IMG/VR virus record: IMGVR_UViG_3300042453_001906
Length of the DNA: 64,000 bases
From: an uncultured virus (IMG/VR IMGVR_UViG_3300042453_001906)
Lineage: Duplodnaviria; Heunggongvirae; Uroviricota; Caudoviricetes
Strand: one strand, 5' to 3'
Shown here: positions 48,780-55,654 of the stretch, one piece after another
Position numbering within the stretch: the stretch's first letter is position 1
How the letters are laid out: each line of letters opens with the position of its first letter
Notes under the pieces: model-generated
Seen by the model: only the letters and a program-made list of their open reading frames with translations
Told to the model about the DNA's origin: nothing
Databases searched by the model: none
Translations under genes and position numbers: made by a program

Positions 48780-48850
48780 TTCACCCGCTTGGATTCGAAC
48801 CAAGACAAGGAGGACCAAAATCTCCGGTGCTACCGTTACACCACGGGTGA
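48780..48850 (-). tRNA. trnQ: tRNA-Gln(UUG)
   Basis: Acceptor TCACCCG/CGGGTGA; GGAGA-TT-TTG-GT-CCTCC. Confidence 0.92.
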
Positions 48851-48851
48851 A

Positions 48852-48923
48852 CTGACTCGGAAGGATTCGAACCTTCAACCGATCCGTTAACAGCGGATTG
48901 CACTACCGTTGTGCTACGAGTCA
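48852..48923 (-). tRNA. trnN: tRNA-Asn(GUU)
   Basis: Acceptor TGACTCG/CGAGTCA; ATCCG-CT-GTT-AA-CGGAT. Confidence 0.95.
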
Positions 48924-48926
48924 AAA

Positions 48927-49007
48927 AGCGTAGTGAGGGGCTTGCACCCATGCTCAATCACCGTTTGCAACCAGTGATCCTAGTCAGCGTCACACACTGA
49001 ACTACGC
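48927..49007 (-). tRNA. Non-canonical tRNA-Cys(GCA)-like RNA
   Basis: Acceptor GCGTAGT/ACTACGC plus U discriminator; TT-GCA-AA in the anticodon-position loop; atypical D and T arms. Confidence 0.55.
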
Positions 49008-49262
49008 AAAAAAAGTGGCGGCTTTTGGATGGAGCCGCCGAACCATTCAGACGAGTGCTGTGTGCCACGGTACTCTGAGTCCACCGCTGCAAGAAGCCCA
49101 ATCTTCTCTTGCATTCCGCGCATATCTTGTGTCCTTAAGGACACAAGTACCGTTGGTTTTTCCTGCGTTTGTTGGTGATCAGCCGACCGTGATCATCGGT
49201 GCAGGAGGGATAGGCGCAATTAACAATATAAGTGTCAGTTTTTACTATGGTTCATGGTAAAT
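49008..49262. ncRNA. Unidentified multi-hairpin structured non-coding element inside the tRNA cluster
   Basis: At least six inverted repeats in ~250 nt and no credible ORF; strand uncertain. Confidence 0.6.
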
Positions 49263-49268
49263 CCTTAA

Positions 49269-49341
49269 TGAGCCTACGGGGATTCGAACCCCGGTCAAGG
49301 GCTTGAAAGGCCCCTATCCTAAACCGCTAGACGATAGGCCC
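49269..49341 (-). tRNA. trnE: tRNA-Glu(UUC)
   Basis: GGGGC-CT-TTC-AA-GCCCT; GGTTCGAATCC. Confidence 0.95.
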
Positions 49342-49347
49342 GTTGGT

Positions 49348-49686
49348 TCAGTACGGATAGCCGTACTGACCGTAGTTTGGAACAACCACCGGAACTGGAA
49401 CAGTGGGCAGGACAGGAGGCATTCCTCCGTAGCCGCCGCCGTAAAACGGCATACCCATGCCGCCGTACATTCCGTAACCACCGTAACCAAAGCCGTAGTC
49501 GCGGACATGGACGGACTGCTCGGAAGTACCCGTAAAGTTCGGATTGTAGTTGTATCCGTTGCTCTTGTTTTCGTAAATCTCCGTGGAACCATTCGCGTGT
49601 TTCACCGTTCGGGTGATGTTGGTCTGCGTGTAGCAGCCACACAGGAGGACGGAAGCAGAAGAAAGAACGAGCGCAGCAGAACGCAT
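49348..49686 (-). CDS. Gly/Tyr/Pro-rich putative lipoprotein
   Basis: Signal peptide with lipobox-like LLCG-C; GYGG repeats; GGAG RBS. Confidence 0.7.
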   Translation of the reverse strand: MRSAALVLSSASVLLCGCYTQTNITRTVKHANGSTEIYENKSNGYNYNPNFTGTSEQSVHVRDYGFGYGGYGMYGGMGMPFYGGGYGGMPPVLPTVPVPVVVPNYGQYGYPY

Positions 49687-49705
49687 TAGAGTCTCCGTGG
49701 TTGGA

Positions 49706-50107
49706 TTAGCGAATGATGAACTGACCGTTGCACACCGGGTAGACAGGGACAGCGCACCCGCCGTAATACGGCATCACGACTGCGGGGTAGTACGGTGCGC
49801 CGTAGCATCGCGTAAACGGCGAGTACACAGGCACACAGGGAGCAGCCCCGTATCCATAGCCGCCGTAGCCGTAGCCACCGCCGTAGCCGTAGCCACTGAC
49901 GGCATTCATGCCGATGCTGCCACCGATGGAGGTGTTGCTGATGGACGCGGACTTGCCGTTCGGGCCGGTAACCGTGGTCTTGCTGTACGAGCCACCAAAG
50001 TTCACGCCGATACCACTGCCACCATAGCCGTATTGGGCATGGGCAGAAGCCGTGAACAGTGTGGAAGCGGCAAGAACGGCAGATGAAACGAGTGTCTTCA
50101 GTAGCAT
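49706..50107 (-). CDS. Gly/Tyr-rich exported protein
   Basis: Sec signal peptide ending AHA-Q; GYGYGG repeats; Cys/Pro/Tyr tail. Confidence 0.72.
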   Translation of the reverse strand: MLLKTLVSSAVLAASTLFTASAHAQYGYGGSGIGVNFGGSYSKTTVTGPNGKSASISNTSIGGSIGMNAVSGYGYGGGYGYGGYGYGAAPCVPVYSPFTRCYGAPYYPAVVMPYYGGCAVPVYPVCNGQFIIR

Positions 50108-50128
50108 GGGTGTAAACCTTTCACCATG

Positions 50129-50156
50129 ATTGTAGCATGGTATAGATGGATGTCAA
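50129..50156 (-). promoter_or_regulatory. Sigma70-type promoter upstream of the exported proteins and tRNA cluster
   Basis: TTGACA-N16-TACAAT with TG extension. Confidence 0.75.
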
Positions 50157-50160
50157 TGGG

Positions 50161-50292
50161 TCAACGAGCGTTTCGTCTATTTGATTTGGATTTTTGAGAT
50201 ACTTGCCGATTGCCGTTTCTGATTTTGCTTACGGCATTTTTCAACAGGAAAGACTTCAGTTTTTCCCGAGAGGTTTGATTGTTTTTTGACAT
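50161..50292 (-). CDS. Small basic protein (43 aa, absent from the ORF track)
   Basis: MSKNNQTSREKLKSFLLKNAVSKIRNGNRQVSQKSKSNRRNAR; AGGAG RBS and CTAAATA motif upstream. Confidence 0.6.
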   Translation of the reverse strand: MSKNNQTSREKLKSFLLKNAVSKIRNGNRQVSQKSKSNRRNAR

Positions 50293-50316
50293 TTGCTCCT
50301 TAACTATTTAGGAGTT

Positions 50317-51165
50317 TCAGTCAGCAAAATCCTCGTAGATTGTGATCCACTTGGGTTCTTCGCCACGGCGGAGGTACGCAGCCTTGGCAAAATTCCACTC
50401 TTCTCGTTCTTGCATCTTGTAACCCGAGCGGTGCTTCTTGGCATAACGCTGTGCAGCGTCTTGGTCGTCAAAATACTCGTAGTTGCCTTCCGAATCCATT
50501 GCTCCGAAAAGACCACTGGAAGTCTTCCACACATCACCGGGCTTGTGCTTTTGTGCAGAAGTAGCAGACTCACCGGACTTTTCCTGTGATTCACTGCCTT
50601 GCTGTGGTTCATCCTTCACATTGAACACGAACTTGGTGTCCTTGTGTGCGCCTTTACGCAATTGAGAGAAGAACTGCACTACCTTGTGCTTTGCAAGTTC
50701 AAGGTTGTTTTGTCCTTCACCCTTCTTGAATCGCATAAGAACCTTTCCGATTCCTGCCGATTCATTGGTTCCAATGTAGTAAAAGTCTTCGTTGTTTTTG
50801 TACATCACTGAGTGCTGCTTGTAATGCCGACCCAACTGCACAATTTCAGACTTTTTGATGTTCGGTATGAGCAAACTGAGTTCTTCAACCACGCCGCCCT
50901 CTTCTTGGTAGCCGCCGCGTAGTTCAATATATCCGTAACCCATCGAACGAACCTTCTTTTTGAGGTCGTCATGGAGTTTTTTGTTCTGCTCACGCGAATT
51001 TTCGCCACGGAAAGCGGAAACAATGCCAAAATCCTTCTCATCGTCTTCCACATACTGAAAAACGCGAGACAATTTGGCCTCAACGAGGGGCGTTTCGGTG
51101 ACTTCCGAGCGAGAAATCCACTCGTTTAGTCCCTGACGATCAAGATATTGAGAGAATTTCTTCAT
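50317..51165 (-). CDS. Hypothetical protein, candidate internal head protein
   Basis: N-terminus MKKFSQYL resembles T4-type capsid-targeting sequences; late-promoter motif at 51196-51202. Confidence 0.6.
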   Translation of the reverse strand: MKKFSQYLDRQGLNEWISRSEVTETPLVEAKLSRVFQYVEDDEKDFGIVSAFRGENSREQNKKLHDDLKKKVRSMGYGYIELRGGYQEEGGVVEELSLLIPNIKKSEIVQLGRHYKQHSVMYKNNEDFYYIGTNESAGIGKVLMRFKKGEGQNNLELAKHKVVQFFSQLRKGAHKDTKFVFNVKDEPQQGSESQEKSGESATSAQKHKPGDVWKTSSGLFGAMDSEGNYEYFDDQDAAQRYAKKHRSGYKMQEREEWNFAKAAYLRRGEEPKWITIYEDFAD

Positions 51166-51583
51166 TTACAGTGATCTCCTGTCGTGGGTTCACTATATTT
51201 AGGGGAAATAGTGCGTTGCCGTGCAAAACTACCCCCTCATCGGTGGTGTACCAAATCTCCGAAAAGGCCCCGTAGCACCACGGCATACACCTTTCGCACG
51301 GTCGTGCCATCCGCATCTGCCCCAAACTGTTGAAGCGGACATTGAACAGGATCAAATCTCGCTGCGGGGAGTCCAATTTCAAAAATGCGTCCAATTCGGA
51401 GTGCATTTCTTCAAACATGTACCCCTTTTCTTTTGCCATCGGGTGAGTCTTGAACCTATTTTGACCCACCGCAACAATTTTTCCCTTACGCAAAATCAAA
51501 GAGATGTGCTTTTTCTGTCTCCTGATGCTCAAGCACAGGGGATAAGCGTATTCCAAGAGGCGTTGAACTCGTTTTGCGTTCAT
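51140..51583 (-). CDS. Zinc-dependent deaminase (CDA/dCMP/Tad superfamily)
   Basis: HSE and PCERC zinc-binding motifs; G.N..KTHP. Confidence 0.8.
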   Translation of the reverse strand: MNAKRVQRLLEYAYPLCLSIRRQKKHISLILRKGKIVAVGQNRFKTHPMAKEKGYMFEEMHSELDAFLKLDSPQRDLILFNVRFNSLGQMRMARPCERCMPWCYGAFSEIWYTTDEGVVLHGNALFPLNIVNPRQEITVNEEILSIS

Positions 51584-51592
51584 AACAGTAAA

Positions 51593-51633
51593 AGTAGCGG
51601 GGGGAGTCGAACCCCCCTAGTACCCGTGCTACC
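51593..51633 (-). other. tRNA-like minihelix (acceptor stem plus T-arm only)
   Basis: GGTAGC...GGGGG-TTCGACT-CCCCC-C-GCTACT followed by TTT. Confidence 0.5.
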
Positions 51634-51996
51634 TCAGAAAACAGCCTTCTCCGTGCAGCAGTCCTTGGAACCGCTGTCAAGACTGTCGATGTCACGGCGA
51701 ATGGTGTCATTCACCATGTCAATGTGGCGATACACCGATTCAATCTCACGCGACCGCTCGTTCGATTCGTCACGAATAGATTCGAACGCGCTTTCAATCA
51801 TGGTCTTCTGAGAGGCAAGCATGTAGAAGATGACGGTAGTGCAGAAGAATCCGTAAAACGCAAGGAAAGATTCCGCAGTGGTCAGGTTATCGCTGCCCTT
51901 CACTCCAAACCAAAGACCAGCAAAGCCCACAACGCTCACAAGAGCGTAAGCAGTGAAGATGGAAGTCTTGCTACGAGTGTTGAAATTGACAAACAT
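51634..51996 (-). CDS. Two-TM membrane protein with coiled-coil tail
   Basis: Two hydrophobic helices; AAGGAG RBS before MFVNF. Confidence 0.7.
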   Translation of the reverse strand: MFVNFNTRSKTSIFTAYALVSVVGFAGLWFGVKGSDNLTTAESFLAFYGFFCTTVIFYMLASQKTMIESAFESIRDESNERSREIESVYRHIDMVNDTIRRDIDSLDSGSKDCCTEKAVF

Positions 51997-52027
51997 GATT
52001 TCTCCTTTGTTGGATGTAGATACACTT

Positions 52028-52059
52028 AAAGGGTGAGTGGGCACGATGCCCACCCACCC
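52028..52059 (-). terminator. GC-rich hairpin, terminator or processing stem
   Basis: GGGTGGGTGGGCA-TCG-TGCCCACTCACCC followed by TTT. Confidence 0.55.
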
Positions 52060-52084
52060 CAAGTGCGGTTCACTGTTTCAGTGA

Positions 52085-52336
52085 TCAGGCGACCGACACG
52101 GAAGCGTCAGCCATGCCGCTGCCAAGACGCTTGCTCCAGCGCGAGAGCAGGATCGCAACGCCCTGCTCGGTGCAGCCGAAGGTGTACGAACGGCTGTCGT
52201 AACCATCGTTACGAGCGTTCTTCAGCGTGATGTTCGTGCCGCTGATGCGACGAGCGAAAGCATCAAACTTGCCCTCGGTGCTGTTGTCGTACAGGTCAAC
52301 GGTCACGGTCACGGTGTAGTTCTTACGGTTCTTCAT
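52085..52336 (-). CDS. Hypothetical protein (probably early, highly expressed)
   Basis: GGAG RBS, GC3-rich codons, promoter upstream. Confidence 0.7.
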   Translation of the reverse strand: MKNRKNYTVTVTVDLYDNSTEGKFDAFARRISGTNITLKNARNDGYDSRSYTFGCTEQGVAILLSRWSKRLGSGMADASVSVA

Positions 52337-52417
52337 AGCAAATCTCCAAATGTGGGCTTCAGTGTGTTTACGCCTCGGATGTCAGCCCGTCACATCGGTT
52401 GGCGTTTCGATGAGTAG

Positions 52418-52445
52418 ATTGTAGCAGGTCTACGGTGTATGTCAA
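52418..52445 (-). promoter_or_regulatory. Sigma70-type promoter
   Basis: TTGACA-N16-TACAAT with TG extension. Confidence 0.75.
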
Positions 52446-52478
52446 GAGGGTGAGTCGGTTTTCCAATATTTGTTTTGC

Positions 52479-52901
52479 TCACCATCTCAAATATCGCATG
52501 GCAGCAGCAACGCAAACTGCAACAGCGGTCAACACCGTGCAGAAAGAAATTGCAAATGCCAAGGGATGATTAAAAGCAAAATCCTTGAGTTTTTCAAATG
52601 ATTTTTCGGAGGCTTCATCAAGCCACTTTGAAATATCGTTGAAGACTTGCTTTATTTTAGACGGTGGAACCACTTGTTCATCCAAATAATCTAGACGACT
52701 CGGATAATCAATTTTGGTGAATTCCACTTGAGGAACTGTGGGAACGGGTGGACTCACGATGGGAGCAGAAAGCGTAAAATCCGCAGACTCGGTGGTGGTA
52801 ATCACCGGAATCGCTTTTGCGCGAGGCTTGCGTGTGGTTTTTGCCGTCTTGTTTTGCTTTACCCGTTTAGCCACGGGTTTCTTGATCTTCTTCTTTGCCA
52901 T
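52479..52901 (-). CDS. Hypothetical protein, basic N-terminus and C-terminal TM anchor
   Basis: AGGAG RBS; CTAAATA motif at 52920-52926. Confidence 0.65.
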   Translation of the reverse strand: MAKKKIKKPVAKRVKQNKTAKTTRKPRAKAIPVITTTESADFTLSAPIVSPPVPTVPQVEFTKIDYPSRLDYLDEQVVPPSKIKQVFNDISKWLDEASEKSFEKLKDFAFNHPLAFAISFCTVLTAVAVCVAAAMRYLRW

Positions 52902-52926
52902 ATGTGTCTCCTAGTTTTATATTTAG

Positions 52927-52999
52927 TGCCTTCGGTGGGAGTCGAACCCACAACCAATTGATTAAAAGTCAACTGCGCTGCCAATTGCGCTACGAAGGC
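52927..52999 (-). tRNA. trnK: tRNA-Lys(UUU)
   Basis: GCCTTCG/CGAAGGC acceptor; GTTGA-CT-TTT-AA-TCAAT. Confidence 0.95.
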
Positions 53000-53009
53000 T
53001 TGGATCAAA

Positions 53010-53240
53010 TCAAACCGGATCGAAAAGTGTTGGCTCTGAAGCGGCTGATCGCAGAATCTGTGCGGCACGAAGTTCAGCGAGTGCATCCTGCATACGGTCA
53101 ATCAAGTCCATCATTTCAGGAAGACTGTAACTCTCAACAAGTTCGGGAGTATCAACTCCAAAGACGGAAACACACAGCGAATTGCCCTTGTGTGGATTGG
53201 TTACGATCTGTGTCTTGACATGTGTTCTAATGCTTTCCAT
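53010..53240 (-). CDS. Hypothetical protein
   Basis: Tiles the minus-strand operon; overlaps upstream ORF. Confidence 0.55.
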   Translation of the reverse strand: MESIRTHVKTQIVTNPHKGNSLCVSVFGVDTPELVESYSLPEMMDLIDRMQDALAELRAAQILRSAASEPTLFDPV

Positions 53241-53505
53241 TACGAGCCTTTCTGTTGGTGTGCTTGCGAAACAACCACGGATGACGCTTCTTCCACATGG
53301 CTATCAGGTCTTTGTCGTTCCTGAATGTCTCCATCATGTCGTACAAGAACATTGTAACGCTTTGGTTGCCGCAGATCAATACCTCATCGTGCAACATATC
53401 GAACATCTGTTTTGTTTTTTCTGCACTGACTGGATATTTCACACCCTGATGCTCGTACATCCAAAGCGGCTTGGTCTTCGTCTTTTTGCGTACAGGCTTT
53501 TTCAT
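53227..53505 (-). CDS. Hypothetical protein
   Basis: Tiles the minus-strand operon. Confidence 0.55.
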   Translation of the reverse strand: MKKPVRKKTKTKPLWMYEHQGVKYPVSAEKTKQMFDMLHDEVLICGNQSVTMFLYDMMETFRNDKDLIAMWKKRHPWLFRKHTNRKARNGKH

Positions 53506-53506
53506 T

Positions 53507-53761
53507 TTATCCCCTGAACAGGTACTTGAGTCTCTGCCAAAAATTCATTCCTGTTGGAAATTCTAAAACACCTTTTCTCATGCTCTCTCCCCATCCACAC
53601 GAATCTGTTTCACGCATGTGTTTCAACATGTGTGCCGGGGGAAATCGGTCGCTCACTTCACGCCAAGCATGGCATTCCTTGCCAAGAACGAAAAGTTGAT
53701 CCAACAATTTCTGTTGGTATGCTATATGCTGTTCTCGGCAGTCTTTATCGCATGGGCACAT
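53507..53761 (-). CDS. Hypothetical protein
   Basis: TAATG coupling to the guaC stop; C-terminal MNFWQRLKYLF amphipathic motif. Confidence 0.55.
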   Translation of the reverse strand: MCPCDKDCREQHIAYQQKLLDQLFVLGKECHAWREVSDRFPPAHMLKHMRETDSCGWGESMRKGVLEFPTGMNFWQRLKYLFRG

Positions 53762-54822
53762 TATCCGTTCCCCCAAACCGTGTTCAGTTGACGGTTAACA
53801 CGAACAAATGTGGTACACTTGGGCAAGTCCTTCAGTCGCCGCGCTCCCACATAAGTGCAAGCCGACCGCAGACCACCAGTAATTTCACGAACCGTTTCTG
53901 CTATAGGGCCGGTGAGCGGAACTCCCACAATCTTGCCCTCAGAAGCACGGTGCTTTGCGATTCCACCGGAGTACTTGTTCATGGCAGCGCACGAACTCAT
54001 TCCGTAAAATTGCTTTCGATCACCAATCACCTCTCCCTCTGCTTCATCCGCCCCCGCAAACATCCCGCCAAGCATCACGAAATCTGCTCCTGCACCGAAT
54101 GCCTTTGCAACATCGCCGGGGCATGTGCAGCCACCGTCACCGATCACATATCCACCCAACCCATGTGCTGCATCGGCACACTCCGCGATAGCAGACAATT
54201 GAGGATATCCAACTCCCGCAACCCGGCGGGTGGTGCAAACCGATCCGGGCCCAATCCCCACCTTCACGATGTTGGCTCCCGCAAGTAGCAGGGCTTCTGT
54301 CATTTCTCGGGTAACCACATTTCCTGCAATAAGCACATGATTGGGAAACAGTCCACGAATGGTCTTGACATATTCCGCAAATCGCTCTGTGTAGCCGTTT
54401 GCCACATCAAGGCAAATGAAGTTCACTCCGGGACACGCGCTCAATACTCGCTGTGCCTTTTCCACTTCTTGGTACTGCGAGTTTCCGTCACTTCCCATTC
54501 CCATCGTGTACACAAGGTGATTCACAGAGATGCCATTGATAAAAAACCTGTTGTAGTTTTCCGCCCACTGCTCCACGGAATAGTGCTTGTGAATTGCCAC
54601 CATGCCACCCAATGGGATAAGTTGTTCGGCAATGCGAAATGTACCAACGGTGTCCATGTTCGCAGACATGATGGGCACACACGAAAAAGATGCGTTGCCG
54701 TCACGCAACCTGAACTTGAACTCACGCTCAAGGGAAACCTCACTGCGCGACTTCATGCTGCTCCGCTTTGGGCGGATCAGTACATCGGAAAAATCCAACT
54801 TGGTGTCTTCTTCGATTCGCAT
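53761..54822 (-). CDS. guaC: GMP reductase
   Basis: [74 protein letters not shown]. Confidence 0.96.
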   Translation of the reverse strand: MRIEEDTKLDFSDVLIRPKRSSMKSRSEVSLEREFKFRLRDGNASFSCVPIMSANMDTVGTFRIAEQLIPLGGMVAIHKHYSVEQWAENYNRFFINGISVNHLVYTMGMGSDGNSQYQEVEKAQRVLSACPGVNFICLDVANGYTERFAEYVKTIRGLFPNHVLIAGNVVTREMTEALLLAGANIVKVGIGPGSVCTTRRVAGVGYPQLSAIAECADAAHGLGGYVIGDGGCTCPGDVAKAFGAGADFVMLGGMFAGADEAEGEVIGDRKQFYGMSSCAAMNKYSGGIAKHRASEGKIVGVPLTGPIAETVREITGGLRSACTYVGARRLKDLPKCTTFVRVNRQLNTVWGNG

Positions 54823-54839
54823 GACAGTCCTTTCACAAA

Positions 54840-54911
54840 TGCGGGTTGGGAGAATCGAACTCCCGTGACGGGTTTGGAAAACCCGCGTAATAGCCTCTAT
54901 ACGAAACCCGC
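54840..54911 (-). tRNA. trnG: tRNA-Gly(UCC)
   Basis: GCGGGTT/AACCCGC acceptor; CGGGT-TT-TCC-AA-ACCCG. Confidence 0.93.
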
Positions 54912-54917
54912 GTGTAC

Positions 54918-55133
54918 TTATCGCGCTCGGGCGTTGATCCGTTGCGCTCTTCTGATATTTTCCGTGTCACTGCTGTCAACCATGACCAGTTCCGGTGCGG
55001 TCTTGTGCGACCAATCCATGAATCCGACGAATGTGGTCACGCGAGAACACTTCACGCAAGTAGTGGTGTTGGGAAGTGCTTCAAGTCGTGCGGGAGGAAT
55101 AACGCAGTTGCATGATTCGCAAGTACGAGGCAT
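54918..55133 (-). CDS. DksA/TraR-type C4 zinc finger protein
   Basis: [37 protein letters not shown] coupling. Confidence 0.8.
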   Translation of the reverse strand: MPRTCESCNCVIPPARLEALPNTTTCVKCSRVTTFVGFMDWSHKTAPELVMVDSSDTENIRRAQRINARAR

Positions 55134-55333
55134 CACCGTGTCTCCATGATAAACATACTGCTCTTGATTGCACGGCACTGCTGCCGGAACTCACCGTCAA
55201 GCCGTGCCTTGCGTTCCTTGTGTGTGCGCTTGTTGAATCCAAAAGGCTTGCACACCTGTTGCCGACCACGGCTCAGGGCAGTGCCTTGCCGCTCGGCTTC
55301 CATGTCGATAGAGTCTAGAACTCGCTTTGCCAT
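55133..55333 (-). CDS. Small basic hypothetical protein
   Basis: MAKRVLDSID start lies 6 nt after a -10 box. Confidence 0.6.
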   Translation of the reverse strand: MAKRVLDSIDMEAERQGTALSRGRQQVCKPFGFNKRTHKERKARLDGEFRQQCRAIKSSMFIMETR

Positions 55334-55339
55334 ACCCAT

Positions 55340-55367
55340 AGTATAGCGTGTGGGCGGCAGCAGTCAA
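55340..55367 (-). promoter_or_regulatory. Sigma70-type promoter (probably leaderless mRNA)
   Basis: TTGACT-N16-TATACT-N6-ATG. Confidence 0.65.
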
Positions 55368-55380
55368 CAGAGAAGTAGAT

Positions 55381-55632
55381 TTAAAATAGTCCGTAAACCG
55401 AAACACCAGAGGCGCAAGACGCACCGCTTGTTTTAATCGGAAAAATAACTGAAGAACTTGCGCCTGCAACCATACGCATCGAAAAAGTTGCTCCAGTTGC
55501 TCCCCACGGAAACAGATCGACATTGGAAGGAGAACCATTTATATTCACAAACATTACCCCCTTAACCTTGGTGGTTCCGGTGGCAGCAAACGCTCCATTA
55601 GTAATGAGTGATATTTTGTGATAGATGTCCAT
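55381..55632 (-). CDS. Small beta-rich putative virion protein
   Basis: AGGAG RBS, CTAAATA motif upstream; ends VSVYGLF, similar to the neighbour's LQVYGLY. Confidence 0.6.
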   Translation of the reverse strand: MDIYHKISLITNGAFAATGTTKVKGVMFVNINGSPSNVDLFPWGATGATFSMRMVAGASSSVIFPIKTSGASCASGVSVYGLF

Positions 55633-55654
55633 TTATCAATTCTCCTATTTGTAT

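Noticed and set aside
49015..49260. 81-aa plus-strand ORF over the structured element
   Set aside because: GTG start without RBS, opposite to all neighbours, and the region is dominated by inverted repeats
53554..55149. Plus-strand ORFs of 244 and 270 aa
   Set aside because: Antisense to guaC, tRNA-Gly and the zinc finger gene; no independent support
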